64,000 bases of DNA from Thermoplasmata archaeon (GTDB lineage: Archaea > Thermoplasmatota > Thermoplasmata > GCA-020350865), in contig CP070751.1 in assembly GCA_020348445.1 (NCBI GenBank), positions 2,181,186-2,245,185 on the forward strand, written 5' to 3'. Position numbers and translations under genes: made by a program. The notes below the pieces were generated by a model, which searched no databases, was not told the DNA's origin, and was given only the letters and a program-made list of their open reading frames with translations. This document shows, one piece after another, positions 27,669-37,867 of the stretch (position 1 is the stretch's first letter; the number at the start of each line of letters is the position of its first letter).

Positions 27669-28760
27669 TCACCCCTCTACCTTATTGTTTTCCTGAAATT
27701 CCTTTAAAAATTCAGCAAGTTTCTTTGCCCCCTCAACTGGCATTGCATTGTACATCGAGGCCCTCATGCCTCCAACTGACCTGTGGCCTTTAAGCCCGGT
27801 CAATCCCTGGGCTTTTGCCTCCTCTATGCACTTTGCACCCAGCTCATCTGAAGGCAGCCTGAATGTCACGTTCATCAAGGAGCGCGAATCCAATTCGGCA
27901 TGGCCTTTATAGTAACCATCTGATTCATCAATTACCTTGTAGATCGCCTCAGCCTTCTGTTTGTTCCGATTCTCAGCACCTTCAATTCCACCGTTTTCCT
28001 TGAGCCATTCCATAACCAGCTTGCATATGTATATTGGGAAACACGGAGGTGTGTTAAAGAGCGAATCTTTTTCGGCATGGGTCTTGTACTTGAGCATAGT
28101 GGGGAGCTCATCAGGGCCACTTTCAATAAGATCCTCTCTTATGATCACGGCTGTAACTCCAGAAGGGCCCATGTTCTTTTGAGCTCCAGCATATATCAGG
28201 CCAAATTTCCCCACATCTATTTTTCTGGCCATGATATCAGAGGACATATCTGTAATCAGTGGGACATCGCCTGTATCAGGATAAGTTAGCCATTGGGTTC
28301 CGAAGATCGTATTGTTGGAAGTTATATGCACATAAGATGCGCCCTGGCTGAATTTTATGTCCCTTGGAATATACGAGAAATTCTTGTCTTCTGAGGACGC
28401 AACGACGTTCACATTGCCAAGAAGCTTAGCCTCCTTTATTGCTTTCTTTGACCACGTTCCTGTATTTACATAGTCGGCACCTTGTTCAGATTTCATCAGG
28501 TTCTTGGGAATCATAAAAAACTGTGTTGATGCGCCTCCCGTAAGCCATAGGACCTTGTAGTTGTCTGGTATTCCGTAGACCTCTTTCATTAGTGAAGAAG
28601 CCTCTTTTATCACGTCATCAAATTCCTTTGCCCTGTGGCTTGTTTCCATAATTGATATGCCTGTGCCCTTGTAATCCAAAAGCTCGCTTTGTGCTTTCTC
28701 TAAAACCGGCAATGGTAATGTGGCCGGCCCAGCATTGAAATTATACACTCTCTTCACCAA
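27669..28760 (-). CDS. serC: Phosphoserine aminotransferase, bacterial type
   Basis: YNFNAGPATLP, SHR, GGASTQF, NNTIFGTQ, YAGAQKNMGPSG, GHRSVGGMRASMYNA. Confidence 0.95.
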   Translation of the reverse strand: MVKRVYNFNAGPATLPLPVLEKAQSELLDYKGTGISIMETSHRAKEFDDVIKEASSLMKEVYGIPDNYKVLWLTGGASTQFFMIPKNLMKSEQGADYVNTGTWSKKAIKEAKLLGNVNVVASSEDKNFSYIPRDIKFSQGASYVHITSNNTIFGTQWLTYPDTGDVPLITDMSSDIMARKIDVGKFGLIYAGAQKNMGPSGVTAVIIREDLIESGPDELPTMLKYKTHAEKDSLFNTPPCFPIYICKLVMEWLKENGGIEGAENRNKQKAEAIYKVIDESDGYYKGHAELDSRSLMNVTFRLPSDELGAKCIEEAKAQGLTGLKGHRSVGGMRASMYNAMPVEGAKKLAEFLKEFQENNKVEG

Positions 28761-28875
28761 ATTTTCAACCTCCTATTTCGTTTTCTTACTCTCCCTTTTT
28801 TATTTCTCTTTCACCGAGTATTTATCTCTCGGTTTTCTACCTCCACCCGACCAAGAGGGAAAGCCCCTTGATCAT

Positions 28876-30228
28876 TTACAGTTTGTTTATCACGAACCCC
28901 GTATATACCTTGGGATAGAAAAAGGTTGACTTCTGTGGCATTGTCTCGTGATTGGTTGCCACGTCCTCAACCTCCTTAACCTTGGTGGGGTTCATGAAGA
29001 ATACGGCCTGGTAGCCTTTTTCGTTGACCTTGTACACTGACTCCGCAACGGCATCACCAATGGCCTTGATGTACTCCACGTACGAACCGCCCTCTATTGT
29101 TCCGCTGGCCACCTTTTCCTTGGTGATACCTAGGATGTCCTCTAGTATAAACTTGTGAAGTATGGTCACATCCAGGTTTTTCCAGGCCTCTGAATGATCC
29201 TGAATTTCATCCATTTTATTTACGTTTTCAAGAACCATTGAATAATATTTGCCATCATTGCAGTACAGTCCTAGGGCATGTTTTCCCTCGGTAAAATGCT
29301 CGTTTAATCTTTTGAACATGGCTTGCTGTGCTTCCTTATCAGATCCTGGTTCATATGGAAATTCCTCTATTGCAAAATCCTCAGAAAGATCAGAAATCAA
29401 TTTCCCGCATTCAAAATTCTCAACACCCTGAATTAGCCTGTGTGTGGGCAGAATCACAAGTCCCTTGTTCATTGTATTTACAAAGGCCAACATCCTGTAT
29501 TGGGCTGAGGTAAAATCAGGATTTTCCTGGCTGTATCTGAGCGCGGTTTTGTAACGGTGATGACCGTCTGCTATAATTATGTATTTTTTCTCCATGACAT
29601 CCTGGATATTCTTGATTTCATTTTCATCATCTATGGCCCAAAGCCTGTGGGTGATATTATCATCATCTGCAACCTCCATGAGAGGAGGTTCATTCATTTT
29701 GTTCTCCATTATGGAATCGATTGTCATTGCTTCGTCTGAATAAATCGAGAATATCAGGCCGAAATTGGCCTTTGTGGCTGAAAGACAATTGAGCCTATCC
29801 TCGATGTCCTTGGGAAGTGTCTCCTCGTGCTGATGGACCCCATTACACACTCCGCCTTCCCCTGTGGTCGCACACATATTCTCAAGCTCAATGAGGGCGA
29901 TAAAGCCAGATCGTGTCATCTTCTTTTTCGCAACCTCGAAGTCCTGGGCAAGAACATATATCGATGGTTTTTCCTCCTTCTTAAGTGCCCCCGATCCGAT
30001 CCAGGTACCAAGTAATTTTGAGGCACGAATGTACTCATTGTTTTCCCTCGTGTCGCTTTCGAATTTCTCACCTTTTATCAAATGTGCCACATTGTATTGA
30101 GAACCTTCATGAAGTTTCTTTTGCAGTTCTTTGTTTATGACATCGTAAGGGGGAGAGACAACGAGCTTGAAATCACCTACCGTATTTTTATCGTATCTGT
30201 ACCCTTGAAACGGAGCAACTTTTACCAT
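28876..30228 (-). CDS. DUF1015 family protein
   Basis: PFQGYRY, SPPYDVI, HEETL, IADGHHRY and MPQKSTFFYPK..TGF hallmark motifs. Confidence 0.9.
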   Translation of the reverse strand: MVKVAPFQGYRYDKNTVGDFKLVVSPPYDVINKELQKKLHEGSQYNVAHLIKGEKFESDTRENNEYIRASKLLGTWIGSGALKKEEKPSIYVLAQDFEVAKKKMTRSGFIALIELENMCATTGEGGVCNGVHQHEETLPKDIEDRLNCLSATKANFGLIFSIYSDEAMTIDSIMENKMNEPPLMEVADDDNITHRLWAIDDENEIKNIQDVMEKKYIIIADGHHRYKTALRYSQENPDFTSAQYRMLAFVNTMNKGLVILPTHRLIQGVENFECGKLISDLSEDFAIEEFPYEPGSDKEAQQAMFKRLNEHFTEGKHALGLYCNDGKYYSMVLENVNKMDEIQDHSEAWKNLDVTILHKFILEDILGITKEKVASGTIEGGSYVEYIKAIGDAVAESVYKVNEKGYQAVFFMNPTKVKEVEDVATNHETMPQKSTFFYPKVYTGFVINKL

Positions 30229-30295
30229 GGAGGGCCGATAATGAAATCTGTGGATAAATAATTTATGATATTTTCTGTGTTATTAAGAAGAAATA

Positions 30296-31750
30296 TCACC
30301 GTTTCCTAAAAGGCACAGCCAACAGGGTCAGCACAGGGAATATCTCCAGTCTTCCCACCCACATTTCAATTATCAAAACCACCTTCAGATGACCGGGCAT
30401 CGCAGCGTTGGTGATGCCCGTACTTAACCCAACATTCCCCTCAGCAGAGGCAACCTCAAAGAGGGAATCTGCTGCAGTGTAGGTCTCTGGCCCGTTTGCA
30501 CCATAAAAACCTTCTGGTGCCTGGGTTGCCATGAAAACCAGGGCTCCAAGACAGAGCACCAAGATGTAAAGAATTGAGTAAAGAGTCGCAATACGGATTT
30601 CTTCCACAGGATAGGTGTTTCTTCCGATTTTAAATGGGATTACAGCTTTTCTGGAGTACAGGAACTTCTTAACAACCCATGCCACTGCGTAAATTATGAT
30701 GACCACCCGGATCATCTTCAATGCAGATGATGTGGAGCCGTAACCTCCTCCTAGAACCATTAAAATGCTGAGGATGAATTTGGAGAAATCATCCCATTCT
30801 CTTATGGTGGCCGTGGAAAATCCAGTTCCTGTGAGGGCAGAGGCTGTCTGGAAAAAGGAATCCAGGCCACCCAGTCTTGTCATCAGTAAAATGCTAGCAA
30901 GGAATATAATCAGAAGGATGGCCTTGACCTCGATTGTGAAGAATTCCTTGAAATTTCTTTTCAAAAGGTGCCTGTGGGAAGCAAAGGATATCCCACCTAA
31001 AATCATGAACGGAATGATGAAGGTCGCGATGTAACCAGGGTACGCCGCAATGCTGTCGTTGGTCACAGCAAAACCACCTGTAGCAAGGCATGTCATACTG
31101 ACGTTAACTGCGTCAAAGGTTTTGCCCACACCCATGAGAGCAATGAGGCCGATTATACACAAAACTGTGTACAATATATAAATTCCCCATATTCTTCTTG
31201 CCGTGCTTACGATGTTGGTGGCGATTCTATCGGTCCTTCCCTCTGCTTTATAAAGCTTTGCAGCAATTCCCGAGCTTCGAATCAAAATGGATAGAAACAG
31301 CACGATGACCCCAACTCCTCCGATCCACTGTGTAAAAGATCGCCAGAATAATATGGCCCGCGGGAGGGATTCCACATCAGAGAACATGGTGAGTCCAGTT
31401 GCTGTAAATCCTGACATGGACTCAAAAAAGCCGTCCAGACCGGAGAGATATCCAGATAATGAGAAGGGCAGAGAGCCTACAAAGGTCAAAAGTAGCCAAC
31501 CAAATGCGGCTATACTCAGAGCCTCATCATAACCCAGTCTGGAAGGTTTCCCAAGGAGGATCATCGATAGAAAACCCAAAATCAATGAGAGACCACCCAC
31601 AGAAAAGAAGATTACACTCAGGTCATAATCAGAGTCCACATATGCCAAGAGGCCTGGGAGAAACAGGGCCATGCCCTCTATAACTAGTAGTACAGAGGAA
31701 TAATACCAAATCTTTCCGAATTTAGTCTCACCAAGACCCAACGCCTTCAC
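30296..31750 (-). CDS. trkH: Trk potassium uptake membrane protein TrkH
   Basis: FESMSGFTATG, QWIGGVG, ATGGF, GTGFS, GNVGLSTG and GRLEI pore motifs. Confidence 0.93.
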   Translation of the reverse strand: MKALGLGETKFGKIWYYSSVLLVIEGMALFLPGLLAYVDSDYDLSVIFFSVGGLSLILGFLSMILLGKPSRLGYDEALSIAAFGWLLLTFVGSLPFSLSGYLSGLDGFFESMSGFTATGLTMFSDVESLPRAILFWRSFTQWIGGVGVIVLFLSILIRSSGIAAKLYKAEGRTDRIATNIVSTARRIWGIYILYTVLCIIGLIALMGVGKTFDAVNVSMTCLATGGFAVTNDSIAAYPGYIATFIIPFMILGGISFASHRHLLKRNFKEFFTIEVKAILLIIFLASILLMTRLGGLDSFFQTASALTGTGFSTATIREWDDFSKFILSILMVLGGGYGSTSSALKMIRVVIIIYAVAWVVKKFLYSRKAVIPFKIGRNTYPVEEIRIATLYSILYILVLCLGALVFMATQAPEGFYGANGPETYTAADSLFEVASAEGNVGLSTGITNAAMPGHLKVVLIIEMWVGRLEIFPVLTLLAVPFRKR

Positions 31751-31840
31751 TTCCCATCCATATTCTCAAACTCGCCTCACAAAGCCAAAATAGGCTAGTT
31801 ATATAATAATTTTATGGGTTTTATATATGTAGAATTTACT

Positions 31841-33184
31841 TTAGAACAACTTCACCAGCTTAGGTATTGTATCAGTTCTTGCAAACACTATAAGGCTATC
31901 TCCCACGTTAACAACATCTTCGCCACCTGGAATGATAACGTTGCCGTTGCGCACTATCGCTCCCACCAGTGTGTTCTTGGGGAAATTGGTCCTTTTCAGC
32001 TTTTTACCAGCGATTTTTGACTGGGGATTCACCTTGAGCTCCACGATTCTAGCCTCGCCCTTATGAAGGACACTCAAGGAAAGCATTTCAGCCCTATGGA
32101 CATGCTGCAGAATTCCACTCACGGTGGCCAGTCTCGGAGCAATGGCTATATCGATACCAATGCCTTCGAGCATGTTCTTCAACTCAGGGCGGTCAACAAG
32201 TGCTATTGTCTTTTTAGCACCATACTGTTTAGCCAGTATACATGAGAGGATGTTGATCTCCTCTGAATTAGTGGTGGCGATGAATGCGTCCACATTGCCG
32301 ATTCCTTCTTCCAACAGGACCTCATCATCTGTCCCGCTTCCATGAATTACCAATGAGGAGAGCAGTCTCTCAGAGGCCATTTTGCATCTTGCTTCATCTT
32401 CGTCGATCAAAACGATGTTGACCTCCTTCTCCAAAAGTCGTGCGAGATGCATTCCTATCCTGGTTGCGCCGACAACCATTATCTTTTCGATCATATCCAG
32501 GCTCGTTGCCGATTCACCGGTTCCAAAAAGGCGTTTTATTTCGGGCATTCCCCGGGGATCACCCAAAGCCACAACGACCCTGTCCCCTGCTATTAACTTG
32601 TCGGTGCCCCTGGGTATGATCACCTCCTCCCTTCGAAATATGGCAACAAGATTGCATCGCGGCGGAAGAGGAATGTTTTTCAGAGCCCGATTATTTATTG
32701 CCGATTTTCTATTGACAGTGGACTCGATTATTTGGATTTTTCCCCGGGCAAAAACATCTGTATCCAGAAGTGAGGGCATGGTGAGCATCCTGGCCATTTT
32801 GATGGCCGCCAAAAGTTCGGGGCATACAGCAACATCTATTCCAAAAAAGGCGTACTTCTTGGTGGCGATGGGCTCGTCAATATAATCCAAGCTGTTTATC
32901 CTTGCAATGGTCTTGCACCCCTTGGTATGTGCAATGCCGCAGGACAATAAATTGATCTCGTCAGAGCCTGTAACTCCTATGAAAATCTCGGCATTGGCAA
33001 TTCCGGCTTCCTCCAGCTTTGCAAGGCTTGCTGCATTTCCACGGACAACGAGAGCGTCCAATGCTTCGGCTCTCTCACATGCTTTTGTATCAGTATCGAT
33101 GATAGCAAGGTTGTAACCCTCATCGTACAGGGAATGGGCAATATGCAAGCCAACCTCACCTGCACCGCCTATAACAGCGTACAT
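31841..33184 (-). CDS. trkA: Trk potassium transporter regulatory subunit TrkA
   Basis: Two Rossmann RCK-N domains (GAGEVG, GATRIG), each followed by an RCK-C domain (IIPRG, IIPGG). Confidence 0.93.
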   Translation of the reverse strand: MYAVIGGAGEVGLHIAHSLYDEGYNLAIIDTDTKACERAEALDALVVRGNAASLAKLEEAGIANAEIFIGVTGSDEINLLSCGIAHTKGCKTIARINSLDYIDEPIATKKYAFFGIDVAVCPELLAAIKMARMLTMPSLLDTDVFARGKIQIIESTVNRKSAINNRALKNIPLPPRCNLVAIFRREEVIIPRGTDKLIAGDRVVVALGDPRGMPEIKRLFGTGESATSLDMIEKIMVVGATRIGMHLARLLEKEVNIVLIDEDEARCKMASERLLSSLVIHGSGTDDEVLLEEGIGNVDAFIATTNSEEINILSCILAKQYGAKKTIALVDRPELKNMLEGIGIDIAIAPRLATVSGILQHVHRAEMLSLSVLHKGEARIVELKVNPQSKIAGKKLKRTNFPKNTLVGAIVRNGNVIIPGGEDVVNVGDSLIVFARTDTIPKLVKLF

Positions 33185-33265
33185 GACATCGCTATAACAT
33201 ACCTTCTCAATTTAAATCTTTCGATTTCGAAAAAACCCGATTAAAGCCTGTTTTTCCCGGTTAAA

Positions 33266-34846
33266 TCAGGAGAAATCCATGATACTCACTTCACCTGTAT
33301 GCAGGTTGAAAATGGGTATCTTCCCAGGATCAGGAACGAAATTGTGCATCTTCTGGTAGTTAGTTTGGGACTGCCAGCATGAGGCATTGATCAGAGTGAT
33401 GCCGCGGTATTTCTTCAAACCTGTGGAATGTCCGTGTCCAGTAACGAAGATATCGGGAATCCTATCAATTACCAGATAATCCTTATGCTCAGGGGCAATG
33501 GGTGTTCTGCCCCCGTATATTGGCACAAGGTGCCTTTTTTTGAGCATGTTTATCATGATCTTTATAGCCTGGCCATAGTCCAGGGATGGTAGCGCCTTGA
33601 TAAAATCGTCCATGCTTCTCCCATGATATGCCAGGATCTCAACCCCGTGCAGGCTGAAATAGCAGGGATTTCCCGTAAAAATCACGTTCTGGGGAAAGAG
33701 ATCTCTTATCTCCTGGGGAAATGTGGGCTGGGGTTCAGCTGGTCTCACTGCATCATGGTTGCCTGGCTGCATTATCACCTTGATATGCTCGGGAACCTGG
33801 GAAAGCAATCTTGCCAATTCCTCGTACTGTCCATAGATATCGTCGATAGCCAGTTCTTCCTCCTGATCAGGATATATGCCTATACCATCCACGGTATCTC
33901 CAGGGACCACCAGATATCCCACTTTTTTGGCGACATCCCGCATTGTACCAGAATTTCCCTTTAACCATTCAAGGAAGTTTTCGAACTCCTCTTTTAAAAA
34001 TGTTTTACTTCCCGCATGAATATCTGCGACAAAAGCCACGTATATATCCTCCTCTGAGCGGTTGGGATTTCTGTTCACTGTAACATCCGGTCTTACCAGC
34101 TCCTGGGCCAAGAGGAGTTGCCCGTCCCTTGTTTTGGAGCCTATTATCCCAATTACCTCATCAACAACTGTTGAATCACTGGCAAGCCCGCTGTCCTTGG
34201 TGAGAAGAACGTTTTGCGAATCGTTTTCATCCTCCAATATAATCATCTTATGTCCGTTTTTTGTTGTTCTTATATCACTGACCATTCCAATTATCTTAAT
34301 GGTACCATCTGCTTTTTTCACCTTGGAAAGTTCCCGAACACCCACCATCTGCCGTTTCTCCTTTAATATTTTCCTCAAGGTCTTCAGTCTGTCATTGAAA
34401 TAGAGCTTAAAATCACCGATTGTGCCTTCGCATGTGGAGTTGCCTGTGATATCCCTTAAGATTTTAATGTCGCCTGGTAGCTCGTGAACAGGGATTAGGG
34501 CCTTTTGTTTTTTTGTCACAACAGGGAGTTCTGCAAATCCCTCCAATTTCTTCTCCACTGATTCAAAATGAGTGATGGGTTTTATGGACTCATCAACTGC
34601 AATGGGCTTGAGTTTTGGTTTGGCTTCGGTTTTCTTTTGTTTTTCTCCCTCAGATGCGGCTTTCTTTGCGAGCTTTTCCACACTCTGGAGGTGCTCAACT
34701 GTTAGTATTAAAGGGGTGCAATCGATATTGTTCAAAACGCCCTGGACAAACTGAATAGGCTCCCCTTTTGATAGCAAATATTCCATGGCCTCGGGGGCAA
34801 TGAGTGTACCACTTTCTGCAAGGAAATTTAAAATTCGCTCCCTCAT
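33266..34846 (-). CDS. polB: DNA polymerase D small subunit (DP1)
   Basis: OB fold, then calcineurin-like ADIHAGS, GDTVDGIGIYPDQ, PGNHDA, YHGRS and GHGH motifs. Confidence 0.95.
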   Translation of the reverse strand: MRERILNFLAESGTLIAPEAMEYLLSKGEPIQFVQGVLNNIDCTPLILTVEHLQSVEKLAKKAASEGEKQKKTEAKPKLKPIAVDESIKPITHFESVEKKLEGFAELPVVTKKQKALIPVHELPGDIKILRDITGNSTCEGTIGDFKLYFNDRLKTLRKILKEKRQMVGVRELSKVKKADGTIKIIGMVSDIRTTKNGHKMIILEDENDSQNVLLTKDSGLASDSTVVDEVIGIIGSKTRDGQLLLAQELVRPDVTVNRNPNRSEEDIYVAFVADIHAGSKTFLKEEFENFLEWLKGNSGTMRDVAKKVGYLVVPGDTVDGIGIYPDQEEELAIDDIYGQYEELARLLSQVPEHIKVIMQPGNHDAVRPAEPQPTFPQEIRDLFPQNVIFTGNPCYFSLHGVEILAYHGRSMDDFIKALPSLDYGQAIKIMINMLKKRHLVPIYGGRTPIAPEHKDYLVIDRIPDIFVTGHGHSTGLKKYRGITLINASCWQSQTNYQKMHNFVPDPGKIPIFNLHTGEVSIMDFS

Positions 34847-34913
34847 AATTATACTTATCGGCCATCCCTATTAAAAAGTTTTGGAGGATAAAAAAATAAA
34901 ATGACTACTCGCC

Positions 34914-35501
34914 CTATTCCTCCTCTGTTGTCTCTTTTGGTATTTTATAGAAGATGTCAATTGTTAATGTATAGCCTATATTGAAACTTGAATAGTTCTC
35001 GACTCTGGCTGTCCAAGTTCCAGTGACATTGAGCTCATGCTCTTCGATTTTGGCAACCTCATTTGCAGCTTCAGTTCTCTGTTCTGAGACTACGTGTCCG
35101 TCTGCATCGTACACTATAAGTTCTAAATCGGGTCTAGCACTGGGGGATCCTCCAGATACAGTTGCATTTACGTAGGCTTCATAGCCATTTTCTTTTACCT
35201 CAAAATCATGATTGTTATACTGTAATCCTTCAATTGAGGCCAGTCCCAAGGGTGAGGGTGCTATAAGCGAATCTGAGAATTCCTCACTCTCAAGTTCTAA
35301 AGTAAAATTACTGGCCGCTCCTTCCCCTTCCTCCCCTCCTTCTGATCCTGAAGTCATCCCCGTGACCTCTATGGCTCCGGCCCAATATGCGAAATCCAGT
35401 GCAAGAACAATTACTATCACTATCATTCCCGCAATACCCTTTTGCGTCTTTGGGGTTTTGAACCATTTGATAATATTATCCATCCAAGTCATTTCAATCA
35501 C
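34914..35501 (-). CDS. Hypothetical membrane-anchored protein with PPC-like beta-sandwich domain
   Basis: N-terminal TM helix, G/E-rich linker, then PDLELIVYD..G and GTWTARVENY strands. Confidence 0.7.
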   Translation of the reverse strand: MIEMTWMDNIIKWFKTPKTQKGIAGMIVIVIVLALDFAYWAGAIEVTGMTSGSEGGEEGEGAASNFTLELESEEFSDSLIAPSPLGLASIEGLQYNNHDFEVKENGYEAYVNATVSGGSPSARPDLELIVYDADGHVVSEQRTEAANEVAKIEEHELNVTGTWTARVENYSSFNIGYTLTIDIFYKIPKETTEEE

Positions 35502-35546
35502 TATAATTGACCGGGTCTATATTATATTTTTCTACTTTTTACCGAA

Positions 35547-36551
35547 TTACCGCTTTAAAGGTATTATAAAGCCGCATTTATGACATTTTGCATCCTTTGC
35601 ATAATGACTGCGAGTAGAGAATCCAATTCTCTCTATCAGCATCTCGCCGCATTCAGGGCAGTATGTATTTTCGTAATCGCCGTGGGGTACGTTTCCGAGA
35701 TAGATGAATCTAAGTCCTTCCTCCCCTGCGATCTCATAGGCCCTATTTAGGGTGGACATGGGCGTTGCTATTTGGTCGTGCATCTTGTAGTCAGGGTGAA
35801 ATCTCGAAAAATGAACCGGGGTATTCTCGCCTAGATTATCCACCACCCACCTGCAGTAATCCCTTATCTCCTTTTCACTGTCATTTTTTGTTGGTATGAT
35901 AAGATAGGTCAATTCCACAAGGATGTCCAGTTTCTTTGCCAAAATGCATGTATCCAAGACAGGTTGGAGTTTGGACTTGCAGACCTTTTTGTAGAAGTCG
36001 TTGTTAAAGGACTTGACATCTATGTTCATGGCATCCAGGTAGGGACTTATCTTTTTTAGAGGCTCTGCTTCTATGAAACCGTTTGTCACATAGCATGTGT
36101 AGAGCCCTTCTTTTTTTGCCAATACAGAGGCATCGTATGTGAACTCGAACCATATCGTGGGCTCATTGTAGGTCCAAGCAATACCCTCGCATTTGTACCT
36201 TTTGGCTATGCTGATCACATCCTCTTTTTTCAGTCTCTGAAATCTCGTGCCCTCGATTTTGGCCTGGGAGATGCCGTAGTTCTGGCAGTGCTGACATTTG
36301 AAGTTGCACCCCACTGTGCCGAAAGACAGGACATAGGACCCTGGAAAGAAGTGGAAAAGGGGCTTCTTTTCTATTGGATCGGGGGTAACTGATGTGGCAA
36401 GGCCGTATATCAAGGTGTTCAGCGTGCCTTTTTGGTTCTCCCTCACCCCGCATATTCCGCGTTTACCCTGGGATATGGTGCACCTATGGGGACATAAGGT
36501 GCACTCAATTTTGTTGTTTTCAAGCTTCTCCCAGAACATGGCCTCCTTCAT
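35547..36551 (-). CDS. AmmeMemoRadiSam-system radical SAM enzyme
   Basis: N-terminal CTLCPHRC...CGVR, DPIEKKPLFHF, CNFKCQHCQN, YNEP and C-terminal CPEC...CHKC. ATG overlaps the thiL stop (ATGA). Confidence 0.9.
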   Translation of the reverse strand: MKEAMFWEKLENNKIECTLCPHRCTISQGKRGICGVRENQKGTLNTLIYGLATSVTPDPIEKKPLFHFFPGSYVLSFGTVGCNFKCQHCQNYGISQAKIEGTRFQRLKKEDVISIAKRYKCEGIAWTYNEPTIWFEFTYDASVLAKKEGLYTCYVTNGFIEAEPLKKISPYLDAMNIDVKSFNNDFYKKVCKSKLQPVLDTCILAKKLDILVELTYLIIPTKNDSEKEIRDYCRWVVDNLGENTPVHFSRFHPDYKMHDQIATPMSTLNRAYEIAGEEGLRFIYLGNVPHGDYENTYCPECGEMLIERIGFSTRSHYAKDAKCHKCGFIIPLKR

Positions 36552-37528
36552 GCTTTCCACCTGAAATGCTCATATCCCCTATATTCTAAGGTAGTAGATA
36601 TTCCATCCTTTATAAGTATATTCTTATTATCCTTTTTGACCTCGCCTATGGGTGTTAGTGTGGTTCCAATATCAGATAACACCTTCTGAGCATCTGCCAC
36701 TTTGTCTTTCATCAAGGTAACTAAAAGTTCGTAATCGCCGCCCATATAAAGCACTGGTTCCTCCAAGGGAATATCCAACTTCTTGGAAATATCCTTTGCA
36801 TTTGAGGATATGGGTATCTTATTAAAATCTATATTAAATGTCACTTCATTTAAGCTGCTCAGCTGGTGAATTGAAGAGGCAAGGCCGTCGGAGATGTCCA
36901 TGCAGGAAGTCACAACCTTTGTTTTCGAAAGAGCCATGCCCTCCTGGATTCTGGGATTTATTTCTAATAGATTCTTTATAACGTTTTCCTCATCGATATT
37001 ATCTTTTAGGGCATGGAATGCAGCGCCAGCTTTACCCAGCTCCCCTGTCACAGCCACGATATCCCTGGGTTTGGCACCCTTTCTTTGCATGATTTCTGAC
37101 TTTGGCACACTGCCAATTGCGCAGCCCGAAAGTGTAAGGCTCTTTGCCTCTTTTGTATCTCCTCCCAGGATACAGGTATCGTATTTAGAGGAGCAAGAGT
37201 CCATCCCTGATATGATGTTCCTCAGGGATTCCTCTTCGAAATCTTTAGGCAATCCCAGAGCCACCACCATCCCCATTGGTCTTCCGCCCATGGAAGCAAT
37301 ATCTGAGAGATTTATTGCAACTAGGTGCCATCCAATCTGCCAGAAGGTGGCTTTTTCAGGGATGTGGGTATGCTGTGATATCATGTCAGTGGTTATCAAA
37401 AGATATCCATCACCGAACTCCACAACAGCGCAGTCATCCTTCATTTCTGCGGAGTCTATTGTCTTGAGAGCCAGAACATCACGTATTAATTCCTGAGCCT
37501 TTCTCTCCCCCAAATCCTTCAATTTCAC
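36548..37528 (-). CDS. thiL: Thiamine-monophosphate kinase
   Basis: DDCAV, TTDM, NLSDIASMGG, GGDT, DISDGL, GGDYELL, GYEHF. Confidence 0.95.
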   Translation of the reverse strand: MKLKDLGERKAQELIRDVLALKTIDSAEMKDDCAVVEFGDGYLLITTDMISQHTHIPEKATFWQIGWHLVAINLSDIASMGGRPMGMVVALGLPKDFEEESLRNIISGMDSCSSKYDTCILGGDTKEAKSLTLSGCAIGSVPKSEIMQRKGAKPRDIVAVTGELGKAGAAFHALKDNIDEENVIKNLLEINPRIQEGMALSKTKVVTSCMDISDGLASSIHQLSSLNEVTFNIDFNKIPISSNAKDISKKLDIPLEEPVLYMGGDYELLVTLMKDKVADAQKVLSDIGTTLTPIGEVKKDNKNILIKDGISTTLEYRGYEHFRWKA

Positions 37529-37612
37529 CTTGCTTCCCCCTTACTCACCACAATTTTACAGGACCCTGACGAAATGAAGGTACTTTTACAGAATCAATTT
37601 ATACAGGTGGTT

Positions 37613-37795
37613 CTAGGCCTTGGCCTCTGGTATGCTCATTGCCCCAACTGGGCAGACCTTTACACACGCGCTGCAGTTGGTACACTTATTATTGTCTAGA
37701 TCAAGCCAGGCCTCGTACACTGTAATGCAGTCGGCGGGACAGACTGCCACGCATCCGCCACATAGCATGCACTTGTCGTATTCAAGATCCACCAT
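37613..37795 (-). CDS. 2x[4Fe-4S] ferredoxin
   Basis: CMLCGGCVAVCP and CTNCSACVKVCP motifs. ATG at 37795 follows GGGAGA. Confidence 0.9.
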   Translation of the reverse strand: MVDLEYDKCMLCGGCVAVCPADCITVYEAWLDLDNNKCTNCSACVKVCPVGAMSIPEAKA

Positions 37796-37867
37796 TTCTC
37801 TCCCGACCATAAATCGCTAATCTTATTAAAAAGGTTTGGTTTGGAGGAGGTTGAGGACACTATATAT

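Noticed and set aside
37529-37612. TPP riboswitch or hammerhead ribozyme upstream of thiL
   Set aside because: No CTGAGA/ACCTGA TPP core on the coding strand. The CTGACGA on the plus strand lacks the flanking stems and GAAA placement of a hammerhead.
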